A stretch of 64,000 nt of DNA from Candidatus Babeliales bacterium (GTDB lineage: Bacteria > Babelota > Babeliae > Babelales > JBFXEV01). Numbering within the stretch: position 1 is the stretch's first letter; each line of letters starts with the position of its first letter. The notes beneath the pieces are model-generated. The model was given only the letters and a program-made list of their open reading frames with translations. It had not been told where the DNA came from and did not search any database. Below, piece by piece: positions 30,262 to 40,744 of this stretch. The stretch lies in the NCBI GenBank assembly GCA_050179755.1, contig JBFXEV010000001.1:9994-73993 (forward strand), in the 5' to 3' direction. The translations under genes were made by a program, and so were the position numbers.

Positions 30262-31212
30262 ATGGAACAATATGCATACTTTCTCCATTTTATAAGCATT
30301 GGACTAGTAGTAGCATTAACATCTATTGGTGTGGGCATTGGAGCGGGATTTACCGGGCAAGCTACCGTGCGCAATTTATATCGCCAGCCTGGTGCCGCAA
30401 CTGATCTTTATAAAGCTTCATTTATCAGCTTAGCTCTTGTGGAAACCTCCGGTATTTTTAGTATTGTTATGGCATTTATTCTTCTTTTTAATAAAGAAGT
30501 GCCCAATTTTTTTGGCAGTATTGGCACGCTTGGTATTGCTTTTGGACTTGGGATTGCAGGATTTGTAACGGGCATTTATTCATCATTGCCTGCGCAAGCA
30601 GCCTTTAAAGCGATTGCTCGTCAGCCCTTTTTTGCTCCTCGCATTATTAACTTGATGGTCATCGCCCAATCACTCATTCAAACACCAGTAATTTTTGGGC
30701 TCATTGTCTCATTACTTATTAGCGCATCTATCAGCTCCGCTCAAATGCTTGCAGAAGGCACTCAACTACTTGCTGCTGGCCTGTGTATTGGCCTTGGCAG
30801 CATTGGTCCAACTATTGGCCTTGGCAGATTTACGTATGAAGCTTGTTATACTGCAGGAATCAATCGCTCAGCATATGGCAAGATTGTACCGTTTACTCTT
30901 ATAAGTGGTGCCATTATTGAAACGCCGCTTATTTTTACACTTATTGTTGCCTTACTAGTTACCCAAACAACATTTGAAAATTCATTTGTAGAGATAGTAA
31001 TTCCGTTTATGGCAGCTTTGTGTATGGGATTAGGAGCACTCGGCGCTGGCCTTGCCTCATCACGCACAGCAACTGCTGCATGTATTGGCATTGGCAAAGA
31101 TCCACATGCAACTTCTTTAATCTCTAAAGCAAGTTTGGTAGCACAAGCGCTTATTGACGCGATTGCTATATATGCTTTGCTTATTGCCTTGTTAATGATA
31201 TTCTTAAGATAA
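30262..31212 (+). CDS. atpE: F0 ATP synthase subunit c with four fused hairpins (316 aa)
   Basis: Four GxGxGxG helix-loop-helix units with loops RQP, RQP, INR and KDP; follows atpB. Confidence 0.9.
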   Translation: MEQYAYFLHFISIGLVVALTSIGVGIGAGFTGQATVRNLYRQPGAATDLYKASFISLALVETSGIFSIVMAFILLFNKEVPNFFGSIGTLGIAFGLGIAGFVTGIYSSLPAQAAFKAIARQPFFAPRIINLMVIAQSLIQTPVIFGLIVSLLISASISSAQMLAEGTQLLAAGLCIGLGSIGPTIGLGRFTYEACYTAGINRSAYGKIVPFTLISGAIIETPLIFTLIVALLVTQTTFENSFVEIVIPFMAALCMGLGALGAGLASSRTATAACIGIGKDPHATSLISKASLVAQALIDAIAIYALLIALLMIFLR

Positions 31213-31221
31213 AAAATAGAT

Positions 31222-31304
31222 AACCCTACTTGGCTAAAGCTACCAAGGGTTCTACTTGCCTTTCATCGGCAACTTAAGCAACGAGGTTTTTAGGCGAAGT
31301 AGAA
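31222..31304. other. Two adjacent imperfect hairpins after atpE (terminator or REP-like)
   Basis: aaccct..ttgg/ccaagggtt and ttctactt.gcct/aggc.aagtagaa inverted repeats. Confidence 0.4.
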
Positions 31305-31311
31305 AAAATGA

Positions 31312-32463
31312 ATGAGAGAGCAAGCAATGAAAAAACAACCCCATATCATCTACATTATCACCAAACTTGAACTTGGTGGTGCTCAAAAAATTTGTCTTGC
31401 ATTATTTAATAACGCAGACCCATCTTGCACTTCCTTAATTTCTGGAACTAAAGGGCCGCTTACTGAACTTGTTAAAGACAAACAAAATGTATATTTATTA
31501 CCACAGTTAACGCGTGAGATTTCTTTTTTTGGCGTATTCAATGAACTCAGTGCGCTCTGGGCGATTACTCAAAAATTACGACAATTAAAGCGAATGCATG
31601 GCAATGTAATCGTACACACGCATAGCACCAAAGCTGGCTTACTTGGCAGATGGGCAGCTTTCTTTGCGGGCATACAAACACGCATACATACCGTACATGG
31701 TTATTATGCGTTTCATGAAAATCAAAATATTATTATTTGGACTATTACCTATCTATGTGAACTAATCACTAGTTTTGTAACAACTCATTATGTTTGTACT
31801 ACCTCACACGATGTAGAAGAAGGAATTCGATTATTACCACATTTTAGTTCTCGCCATTCAATAATTCGCCCTGCTGTAAGTGTAGAGCAATTTATCCCAG
31901 CTCATCAAGCTGCATCTTTTCCTCAAGAAAAAGAATTATTTGTTTTTGGTTGTGTGGCATGCTTTAAACCACAAAAAAATATTTTTGATCTACTACAAGC
32001 ATTTCGCTTAGTACATATCCATAATCCAAAAACTCGTTTGGAACTTATTGGTGACGGCGCATTGCGACCTGCCATTGAAGATTGGATTCAAGCTCATCAA
32101 TTAACAGAAGTAATCACCTTGCATGGCTGGCAAGATAACGTGGCGGCTATCATGAGCTCGTGGCATGCTTTTGTATTAAGTTCATTGTGGGAAGGAATCT
32201 GTATGGCAATAGTAGAAGCGCGTCTGCTTAAATTACCAATACTATCCTATAATACTGGTGGCATTAAAGACGTTGTAATACATGGTAAAAATGGTTTTTT
32301 ATATCCTCAAAAACAATGGCAACAACTTTCACATGGCATGCTTGCACTAAGCACAAATGCTTTATTACATACCAAATTACAATCTCATGCTGATAACCTT
32401 AATGAATTTTATATTGAAGATATGATTGATCGACATCGAAAACTATATCAATTAATAAAATAA
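31312..32463 (+). CDS. GT4-family glycosyltransferase
   Basis: ELGGAQ, HTHSTKAG, HTVHG, KPQKN and SSLWEG...EA. Confidence 0.9.
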   Translation: MREQAMKKQPHIIYIITKLELGGAQKICLALFNNADPSCTSLISGTKGPLTELVKDKQNVYLLPQLTREISFFGVFNELSALWAITQKLRQLKRMHGNVIVHTHSTKAGLLGRWAAFFAGIQTRIHTVHGYYAFHENQNIIIWTITYLCELITSFVTTHYVCTTSHDVEEGIRLLPHFSSRHSIIRPAVSVEQFIPAHQAASFPQEKELFVFGCVACFKPQKNIFDLLQAFRLVHIHNPKTRLELIGDGALRPAIEDWIQAHQLTEVITLHGWQDNVAAIMSSWHAFVLSSLWEGICMAIVEARLLKLPILSYNTGGIKDVVIHGKNGFLYPQKQWQQLSHGMLALSTNALLHTKLQSHADNLNEFYIEDMIDRHRKLYQLIK

Positions 32464-32551
32464 GCTTATAAAAATAAGTGACAAATCACTGATTTTTTTG
32501 CTATCTTAATACTGATATCAATTTTTTGATAATAATCATTACGAGGCGACA

Positions 32552-33526
32552 ATGCAAAACACTACCATTCAAGAAATCAACAAGAAAACACCCAGTACTC
32601 ATCACGAACCAATACACTATAAAACTCTTCTTGAATCCATTGGGAATACGCCATTGGTAAAATTGAATGTTGACGTACCATGCACCGTTCTTGCAAAACT
32701 CGAATTCTTGAATCCCGGTGGTAGTTTAAAACCACGATGCGCACTCTACATGATAGAACAAGCTGAAAAAAATGGTTCTCTTCTACCAGGTGGCACTATT
32801 GTTGAAGCATCATCAGGTAATCAAGGTATTGCGGCAGCCATGATAGGAGCTTTAAAGGGTTATAACGTAATTATTACCGTGTCTCAAAAAATTAGTGCTG
32901 AAAAATTAGCCACCATTAAAGCTTTTGGCGCACAAGTGCTTATGTTTCCACCAGCACCAACGCTTGAACACCCTGATAGCTATCAAAGTAAAGCATGGGA
33001 AATTCATAGAAACACGCCAAACTCCATTATGCTTAATCAATATTATAATCCGGTAAATGCAGATGGCCATTACTGGTCACTTGGGCCCGAACTGTGGCAT
33101 GGCACACATGGTCAGATTACACATTATTTTGGTGCAGCAGGATCAGGTGGTCACGTAAGTGGCGTAGGCAGGTATTTAAAAGAACAAAATCCACTTGTAA
33201 AAGTTATTGCATTAGATGCTGCAAATTCATGGTATTCAACAAAAGGCAATCCAAAACCATATAAGATTGAAGGCCTTGGCATTGACGCTGATTCTCCGGT
33301 ACTTGATAAAAAAACGATTGATCAAATTATTCCGGTAACTGATGAAAATGGGCTTGCCATGACTAAACGTCTTGCACGAGAATTTGGTATTCTTGTAGGG
33401 CCTAGTTCTGGCGCTGTTGCTCACGGCGCATTTGAATACGCAAAAAATCTCTTACCACATGACGTTCTTGTTATGGTTTTTGGTGATGCTGGCCAAGCGT
33501 ATTTGAGCAAGGGTTTTTACGATTAA
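32552..33526 (+). CDS. PLP-dependent cysteine synthase / cystathionine beta-synthase family enzyme
   Basis: IGNTPLV, KLEFLNPGGSLK (PLP Lys), SSGN, NQYYNP.N, YKIEGLG (CBS-like) and GPSSGA. Confidence 0.88.
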   Translation: MQNTTIQEINKKTPSTHHEPIHYKTLLESIGNTPLVKLNVDVPCTVLAKLEFLNPGGSLKPRCALYMIEQAEKNGSLLPGGTIVEASSGNQGIAAAMIGALKGYNVIITVSQKISAEKLATIKAFGAQVLMFPPAPTLEHPDSYQSKAWEIHRNTPNSIMLNQYYNPVNADGHYWSLGPELWHGTHGQITHYFGAAGSGGHVSGVGRYLKEQNPLVKVIALDAANSWYSTKGNPKPYKIEGLGIDADSPVLDKKTIDQIIPVTDENGLAMTKRLAREFGILVGPSSGAVAHGAFEYAKNLLPHDVLVMVFGDAGQAYLSKGFYD

Positions 33527-33527
33527 T

Positions 33528-34559
33528 ATGCACGCCCGGTTAAGCTCACTACTCTACATTATGTTCTGTGGAATGCTCTGCCCAATATATTCTTGCAAGC
33601 CTATGGAGCATAGCGTAAATCAACCACAAACAAATGCGAGCAGTTCAAGTATACAAAAATCTCTTACGTATATTAAAAGTGAGGCAGTTAAAGCAGCATT
33701 TCTCGCGGGTGCACCGATCAGACATGAGGATGGCACAGAGACGACTCCTTTAATGCGCGCTGCTTCTCTTAATGATCCTGCTTTAACTGAATGGCTCCTT
33801 GCACACCCTATTGCAATTGACTGTAGCGACAGTCATTTTGCATCACCTCTGCACGCTCTTTTTGGTATTAGGCGATTTGAAATGGGTGATAATAATACAC
33901 TTTTAGAAAAAATAATAGCTTTATATCGCGCTCGTTTTCCCTTTTCACAAGAAATACTAATAGTCGAACTCCTTGCAGGCAAGATGCCTCTGCTCGTCGC
34001 TGCTAAGACTGATAATGAAAAATTGGCAAGAACATGCCTTGCATATGGTCTTTCTCCGAATGCCAAAGACACAAAAAGCAGAACGGCACTCATGTTTGCA
34101 ATACAAAATAATGCATATGGCGTTATAAATGCACTATTGGAATTTGGAGTAGACACACAAGCAATAGATGATGCCGCACGCACTCCTCTGGATTATGCAA
34201 GAAATGGATTCCCTGCTGACTTACAAAAAACTATCACACAATCTCTCGGATTTAGCTCGAATAAAATACCATTACAGTATAGGGAATCAACAGCAGATGA
34301 TGAAGCGTTAGCAAATAACTTTCTCATAGAGTGTACCCAAATTCTTGCAAAAGAGTCTGCACCGCCGGAATTTGTACAAACATCAAAAAAAATTCAACCA
34401 CAAAGAAAATCTGGATCAAGGAAAAAGGTACATCTAGAATATACTGAAAGCGATAATATTTCTTGGGAGGAGCCACTTCCTGAAGTTATATCAATAACAG
34501 GTTTTAATAGACCAAATCTATTATCTCCTACAAAAAAAACCAAAGTTAAAAAACGCTAA
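33528..34559 (+). CDS. Ankyrin-repeat protein with signal-like N-terminus
   Basis: TPLMRAA, SPLHAL, RTALMFAI and RTPLDYA units; basic, low-complexity C-terminal tail. Confidence 0.8.
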   Translation: MHARLSSLLYIMFCGMLCPIYSCKPMEHSVNQPQTNASSSSIQKSLTYIKSEAVKAAFLAGAPIRHEDGTETTPLMRAASLNDPALTEWLLAHPIAIDCSDSHFASPLHALFGIRRFEMGDNNTLLEKIIALYRARFPFSQEILIVELLAGKMPLLVAAKTDNEKLARTCLAYGLSPNAKDTKSRTALMFAIQNNAYGVINALLEFGVDTQAIDDAARTPLDYARNGFPADLQKTITQSLGFSSNKIPLQYRESTADDEALANNFLIECTQILAKESAPPEFVQTSKKIQPQRKSGSRKKVHLEYTESDNISWEEPLPEVISITGFNRPNLLSPTKKTKVKKR

Positions 34560-35524
34560 ATGCGTTGGCCAACTTTAGCGATAATAAGATGTTCAAGTGC
34601 AAGCCCTGCTTTCTGCCAAGCTTCTTGCAAATGCTCAAGTGGCGTTGCAAAATGATCAACCCCAAAATGAAATGTGCCCCAATGCATAGGGATCATGCGC
34701 TTTGCTTTTAAATCCTTAAATGCCTGTACCGTATGCTGCGCACTCATATGCACATGCTCCATCCAACGCTTTGGCTCACACGGCCCAATAGGCAATAAGG
34801 CTGTATGGATATTAGGAAAATGTTCGCTAATTTCTTTAAAATGTCCTGCATATGACGTATCACCTGCAAAATAAATAGAATGATCTTTAAAGGTTAAAAG
34901 CCAACTGCCCCATAACGTTTTATTGCGATCAAAAAGATTTCGTTGTGACCAATGCCATGAGGGTAAAAATGTAAACGTTATAGGTTCGCCCTCTTGCCTT
35001 GAAGGTATCGAATACGATTGCCACCAATCATGCTCGTGCACAGCTTTATATCCTCGAGAGCTAAACCAATTGCCAAGCTTTAAAGGCACAAGCACTCGCG
35101 GCTGTCTTTTCTTAAGAGCGCGCAAACAAGAAGCACTCATGTGATCAGGATGGTTATGAGAAATCAAAAGCACATCTGGCTTAGGCAATTTTTTAAGAGC
35201 TATGCCAGGCGGCAAAATTCTTCTAAATAAGAGTGACGGACTAGAGAATAGAGGATCAGTGAGAATGTTAATACCGCCAATTTGTATCAAAAATGTTGCA
35301 TGGCCGATCCAGGTAATTACCGGCTGATCGCTACGCTCAAGCGGCGATTGCTTGATAACCCAATCTTCTTTTTTTATCTTAGGCCCAAACCACCTGCGTA
35401 TCCAAGAACCTGCATACATTAATGCGGAAGGTAGCAAAACATGATGCACATATTCATTAGGCTTATTATAAAACCTATCATTATGCACGTGAGGACGAGT
35501 TTTAGGCTTATTCTGCATTTGCAA
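34556..35524 (-). CDS. MBL-fold metallo-hydrolase (NAPE-PLD/RomA-like)
   Basis: TWIGHAT, ILTDP, SHNHPDH, HWS.R, FAGDT, LPIG and PMHWGTF. Confidence 0.88.
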   Translation of the reverse strand: MQMQNKPKTRPHVHNDRFYNKPNEYVHHVLLPSALMYAGSWIRRWFGPKIKKEDWVIKQSPLERSDQPVITWIGHATFLIQIGGINILTDPLFSSPSLLFRRILPPGIALKKLPKPDVLLISHNHPDHMSASCLRALKKRQPRVLVPLKLGNWFSSRGYKAVHEHDWWQSYSIPSRQEGEPITFTFLPSWHWSQRNLFDRNKTLWGSWLLTFKDHSIYFAGDTSYAGHFKEISEHFPNIHTALLPIGPCEPKRWMEHVHMSAQHTVQAFKDLKAKRMIPMHWGTFHFGVDHFATPLEHLQEAWQKAGLALEHLIIAKVGQRI

Positions 35525-35747
35525 ACTTTGAGTTTGGTACTAAAAAGTAACCCCTATCCAGACAGAAAGTCAAGGACAGGGGAAATGGAGGTTATCTTGT
35601 ATAAAGAACTTACTTTATTTTGCAAGTTCATTATGAAGTTTACAGGAGGTAATCAGAAAAAGCAACTAGTTTCATATGTTTATTTTTTTATAGCATACTA
35701 GAAATTTTTTACATCACCCTAAGCCATAAAGTTGCCAACAAGAAACC

Positions 35748-37991
35748 CTACAATTGCGCAAGTTCTACTGCCACCTGCTTTTTTAAGGCAGCAGATAAAT
35801 CTGGCAATGCTTGGGCCGTTAATAAAGCCTCCCGTGCCTTCACTTTATTGCCAAGCGCGTCATGGCAACTTGCAAGGCGCAAGAACAAGTTAGACCCCTT
35901 AAAGCCAGTTTCTTGTGCCTTGATCAAATAAGTAACGCCCTTTTCATACGCTTCTAATTGATAGGCAGACTCGCCAGCATTAAACCAATACTTACATTCA
36001 CCTGGATTTGCCTGAGCAAGAGACTCAAAAAGAGTAAGTGATTTATCATATTGCTTATCGAGTAAATACGCTTGGCCAAGCTGCGCCTTATATTCCAAGC
36101 TATTAGGGCAAAAATAGCACAACTTAGAGAGGGCTAAAATTGCTTCTGGCCAGTTTTGTAGCTTATAGGCCACTTGCGCGTAAATTTTAAATCCGGCCTC
36201 ATTATCCATATCAGCCTCTAAACACGCTTTTTTAAAGTATGGTAACGATTCTTCAAGCTTATCCTGCTGCAAATAGAGCTTTCCGTAATTAAAATAGGCT
36301 TTGCCATAATGTTTGCGCAGTTTAAGCGCAATCTTAATCATCTTTTCAGCCTCATCGTATTCTTTTTTCTGCAGTAAAAAGGAAGCCATATTATTATAAG
36401 CTTCTGGATAATAGGGCTGAATTCTAATCGTTTGCTTCATTGCTTCAATTGCGCCATCAAGATCACCAAGCAAAGAATAGATAACTGCCAGGTTATTCCA
36501 AGGATCTGGATACTTGCCATCCATTTGAACGGCTTTCTTATAAAACGGAATCGACTCTCGATATTTCTTTTGATCAGAAAGCGCTACGGCAAAATTATTA
36601 TATGCGCGCGCCTTGCCTGGAGCATTTTGCATAACGTTGCCCCAAAAATCAAGCCCTGAGCGCCACACCTTATTACGTTCATGCGTGGCAAATCCTGTGA
36701 GTAATAATATACACGCAAGGCTTGCATAGGTAACCGGCATGGATGCTTTGGTTGATTTTATTTTTGCAATAAAAAACTGTACTAGCCATACAAGCGCACA
36801 TGCAAGAACAAATAACATTCCCATGGAAGCAAGATATGTTTTATAATCAACCAACAATTCAGATGATGGAATAATGCTGCTACGTGGAAGAACTGCAACA
36901 AAAAACCATGCAAACCCGAATGCTATAACATTGGCACTATTTTTTTTAAGCGCATACGCCAGACAACTCCACAATGTAGCAAGCGCCATAAAAGGCAGAA
37001 AACAATCAGCAGCAAAAAAACTTGTTGATAACATCCAATCGTATTCTACACTAATATTAAATGGCCACACGAACATAACCATATAATGAAGCATCACTTT
37101 AAATTGTGAGATTGCAAAATGAACCGGATAAATTTTGGATTGCGGATCTTGTGTTAATTGATTACCTATATTGTTACGCGATTCAAGCTGAAATGTGGCA
37201 GCCTTAAGCATAAAATCTGCTTTAAAATATATATAGGTTGCAAGAATTGCAGCCCACACTGTTGCATGATGCAGCCAACGCTTTTTAATCTCATTAACAT
37301 CACCTTGTGCAATAAAAAACCAATCTGTTAGTAGCACAAGTACGGGCGCCACAACAGTAATTTCTTTTGCACCAATAGAAAGTGCACATATAAATATTAA
37401 TAACGCACCAAGTCCGTACTTACCAAAAGTTGTTTTAGCTTGTAGCCATTTAACAAAACAAAGGACAATGCCGATAGTCAAAACTCCTGCCAAGCCTTCA
37501 AGTTGACCTTGAATGACATACGAAACAGTTTGTGTTTGCACCGGATGCAATAAAAATAACCCAGCAGTTGTCGCTGCAATTAACAAGCTATTACGCTTAA
37601 AGAAACTATCTTTGCGCAATCCAGAAAGCAATGTGTAGAGTAAATAAAAAACTAAAATTCCACCTACCGAATGTATGATAACATTGCCAATGCGATAAAG
37701 CATAGGATTAAATTGTACATGGCTATAATAAATGGTATTGAGCCATTGACTAATCCAACGCGGTCGCTGGAAAAATAATTTTGCAAAAGTATCATGACGA
37801 ATATCAAACATCTTTTTAATGTTTGCAATATCGTCAAACTGAAATCCATAACTAAGTGATGAAAAGTAACTGGCAACAGTTGCCGCAACAAGCCCTAAAG
37901 GGATACTACTAATTTGCCACCAAGAGTACACGGATTCTTGACGAATCTCAGATGATGACGGTTCGTTCAATTTTTGTTTCATAATAATCAA
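35748..37991 (-). CDS. TMTC-like membrane glycosyltransferase (GT-C) with C-terminal TPR repeats
   Basis: FQFDD loop after TM1, RP, LFLLHPVQTQTV, KE, WPFNISVEY, RNKVW...PGKAR, then multiple TPRs. Confidence 0.8.
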   Translation of the reverse strand: MIIMKQKLNEPSSSEIRQESVYSWWQISSIPLGLVAATVASYFSSLSYGFQFDDIANIKKMFDIRHDTFAKLFFQRPRWISQWLNTIYYSHVQFNPMLYRIGNVIIHSVGGILVFYLLYTLLSGLRKDSFFKRNSLLIAATTAGLFLLHPVQTQTVSYVIQGQLEGLAGVLTIGIVLCFVKWLQAKTTFGKYGLGALLIFICALSIGAKEITVVAPVLVLLTDWFFIAQGDVNEIKKRWLHHATVWAAILATYIYFKADFMLKAATFQLESRNNIGNQLTQDPQSKIYPVHFAISQFKVMLHYMVMFVWPFNISVEYDWMLSTSFFAADCFLPFMALATLWSCLAYALKKNSANVIAFGFAWFFVAVLPRSSIIPSSELLVDYKTYLASMGMLFVLACALVWLVQFFIAKIKSTKASMPVTYASLACILLLTGFATHERNKVWRSGLDFWGNVMQNAPGKARAYNNFAVALSDQKKYRESIPFYKKAVQMDGKYPDPWNNLAVIYSLLGDLDGAIEAMKQTIRIQPYYPEAYNNMASFLLQKKEYDEAEKMIKIALKLRKHYGKAYFNYGKLYLQQDKLEESLPYFKKACLEADMDNEAGFKIYAQVAYKLQNWPEAILALSKLCYFCPNSLEYKAQLGQAYLLDKQYDKSLTLFESLAQANPGECKYWFNAGESAYQLEAYEKGVTYLIKAQETGFKGSNLFLRLASCHDALGNKVKAREALLTAQALPDLSAALKKQVAVELAQL

Positions 37992-38014
37992 TCTCCTTCG
38001 TAAGTTACGTATTG

Positions 38015-39121
38015 TTATATCATTAATCGCTTATAGAGCTCTTTATATGCGGTTGCCATAGCTGTGAGCGAATAATGCTCACGCACCAAAGCTTGTGCAC
38101 ATGCTGCGAAAGCCTTACCTTGATCTTTGAGTAACATAAATTCTTTAAGAGCATAAAAAACCGCTTCTACGCTCGGTTTCTGAATTAAAATACCTGTGCT
38201 TTCTGTGCTTATTATTTCATGCCGGCCATGATTACCCGTTGTTATACACGGCACACCACAAGAAACTGCCTCAAGCAATGCTATCGAAAGTCCTTCATAA
38301 TGAGAGGATAATACAAATGCGTTCATCAGTGAATAGTAACCATATGCTGTCTTTCCTACTACAAATTGTACAACATCTTTAATACCAAGTTCTTGCGCAT
38401 GCACGCGCAATGCCTCTTCTTGCGAACCGCTGCCCACAAGAAGTAACCTTGTATGTGGATAGAGAGCGTTTAAACTTGCAAACGCTTCCAATAACGTGTG
38501 ATAGTTTTTCTGTTCTTCAAACCTGCCTACGCTACCAAATACAATTTCTTTATCTGTCCAACCAAATTGTTCTCGAGACTGCTGTTGGCTGTGTGCACGC
38601 TTTTGAATAGCATCCACGTCAATGCCATTAGGGATGCATTCCATCTTTTTTTCATCATAGGGAAAGCGCTTTCCGCTAGAAACCACTACCGATCCTATGC
38701 CTACTACCGCATCTGCAAGCGGTAATGACACAAAATCAATCGTATTTCTGAACGCACCTTGAAACATTAATTTATTATGAATGGTATTGACCGCGGGAAT
38801 GCCAAGCAACTTACCAATAATACGCGCTGATAAATTTGCCGCCCATAAGTGTGCATGAATAAGATCCGGTTTGATTGCCTTAATACAGGTAAATAAACGC
38901 ACCCAAAATACGGGATCACACAACATAATAGCGCCTTTAATGTGATATACAGGAATGCCTCGTTCTTGTATGCGCGTAACACTTGGTCCGCTATGAAAAT
39001 ATATCACGTGATGCTCAAAGTCTTTATCACCAAGCTGATCAATTAAACTGGCAAGCACCGATTCTGCACCACCAAGTTGCAAAATAGAAATAATATGCAC
39101 TAACTTAATCTTTTTTGTCAT
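38015..39121 (-). CDS. GT4-family glycosyltransferase
   Basis: LGGAE, IPNGID, VGRFEEQKN and SSHYEGLSIALLEA. Confidence 0.9.
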   Translation of the reverse strand: MTKKIKLVHIISILQLGGAESVLASLIDQLGDKDFEHHVIYFHSGPSVTRIQERGIPVYHIKGAIMLCDPVFWVRLFTCIKAIKPDLIHAHLWAANLSARIIGKLLGIPAVNTIHNKLMFQGAFRNTIDFVSLPLADAVVGIGSVVVSSGKRFPYDEKKMECIPNGIDVDAIQKRAHSQQQSREQFGWTDKEIVFGSVGRFEEQKNYHTLLEAFASLNALYPHTRLLLVGSGSQEEALRVHAQELGIKDVVQFVVGKTAYGYYSLMNAFVLSSHYEGLSIALLEAVSCGVPCITTGNHGRHEIISTESTGILIQKPSVEAVFYALKEFMLLKDQGKAFAACAQALVREHYSLTAMATAYKELYKRLMI

Positions 39122-40652
39122 GCTCTGCCCTTAATTGCTTCTTATCAATTTTTCCCATTGCGGTTATTGGCAATGCGCTTTTGACTATAAACATACGTGG
39201 TATTTTATAGGTTGCAAGTTGTTGTGCACAAAGTGCATGTAATTCAGCTTGTGCATCTTTTAACACATGTTTGAGAGTGACGTATGCCACGGGAATTTCA
39301 TCACTACCACCATCTTTTACACCAATGACTGCAGCCATCAGCACGCTCGGATGAGATAGTAGCACGTTCTCAATTTCTTGTGGATAAATTTTAAAGCCTT
39401 TGTTACTTATCAAATCTTTTTCACGACCAACTATATGCAAGCGACCCGCACTATCAAATTGCGCCAAATCACCCGTATTTAACCAGCCATCTTTGAGAAT
39501 AGCGTGCGTTGCTTCTTGAGCATTATAATAGCCAAGCATTACATTATCACCTTTAACCCAGAGCACGCCAACCTCACCTTGTGCTACTTCTTGATCATCT
39601 TTGCGTAGAGAACATTGCATACCAAGTACCGGATCACCAACGGTATCGGCACTCACTCGTTCATCAATTACATGCGCTGCAATGAGTGGTGATGTTTCTG
39701 TCATACCATACCCATTACAAATTTTTCGTCCATAGATCAAGGCAAACGCAGCACGTATCTTATCAGGCAATGCATCCCCACCAGAAATGAAATAACGCAC
39801 GTTCTTAAATGGTGCTGTTTTCATTAAACAAAAAATAGCATACAATGATGGGACTGCAAGAATTACCGTAGGATTATGCTTAAGCCCGTCAAGCAATGCA
39901 CGCCGATCTATTTTAGGCACCACAACACAAGACGCACCCATGAATATAGTTGACCATACAGCTGCATTTTGCGCCAAGCTATGAAACAACGGCACCGGCA
40001 CGTAGCAACGATCTTGTGGTGATAATTTTAACAATGAAATAGCCTGGACCACGTTCATTAAAAGGTTACGTGAACTAAGCATCACTCCTTTCGGCATGCC
40101 CGTGGTTCCCGAAGTATATAACAATACCGCAAGAGCATCAGGATCTTTTTTTGCAATGTCACAACGGCTGGGCCCTGGCAGTTCGCGCGTATTTTCAATA
40201 TATGCTTGATCAATACGTAGAGGCAAGTTATTCTTAATTGCATCATCTAATTTTGCAAGAAGTTGATCAGAAATAATAACTACTTTTGGACGGGCGTCGG
40301 TAATAATATGCTCAAATTCACGTGGATGTAAAAAAACGTTAAGGGCAGCAACAACGGCACCTGTATGCCACACGCCATAATAAGCTATAAAAAACTCTAT
40401 TGAATTTTCATACCAAATAAGCACTTTTTCTTCAGACCCCACACCAAGAGCACGTAATTGATTACTCACCAAGCATGCACGTCTAAATAATTCTCGATAA
40501 GTGATACTTTCATCACCACATATATAGGCAATACGCTTGGGCCATTGCTTTGCAGCACGCTCAAGCAACTTACCGGCAAACATGAGCGTGCCATCTTGAT
40601 GCAGTGACTGCCAATAGGCATTAAACCGTTCTTGTTCTTGTGCTGAAATCAT
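39105..40652 (-). CDS. Long-chain fatty acid--CoA ligase (AMP-binding family)
   Basis: YTSGTTGMPKG, GYGMTE, TGDL, GREKDLI and GKIDK. Confidence 0.9.
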   Translation of the reverse strand: MISAQEQERFNAYWQSLHQDGTLMFAGKLLERAAKQWPKRIAYICGDESITYRELFRRACLVSNQLRALGVGSEEKVLIWYENSIEFFIAYYGVWHTGAVVAALNVFLHPREFEHIITDARPKVVIISDQLLAKLDDAIKNNLPLRIDQAYIENTRELPGPSRCDIAKKDPDALAVLLYTSGTTGMPKGVMLSSRNLLMNVVQAISLLKLSPQDRCYVPVPLFHSLAQNAAVWSTIFMGASCVVVPKIDRRALLDGLKHNPTVILAVPSLYAIFCLMKTAPFKNVRYFISGGDALPDKIRAAFALIYGRKICNGYGMTETSPLIAAHVIDERVSADTVGDPVLGMQCSLRKDDQEVAQGEVGVLWVKGDNVMLGYYNAQEATHAILKDGWLNTGDLAQFDSAGRLHIVGREKDLISNKGFKIYPQEIENVLLSHPSVLMAAVIGVKDGGSDEIPVAYVTLKHVLKDAQAELHALCAQQLATYKIPRMFIVKSALPITAMGKIDKKQLRAEHDKKD

Positions 40653-40744
40653 GCGACCTCATCCTTTTTTTCTATATCATTCGTTTAAAATTAGATATAC
40701 TAGATGCTAATTATATTACCACAAAATCTAGGTACTCATAACAC

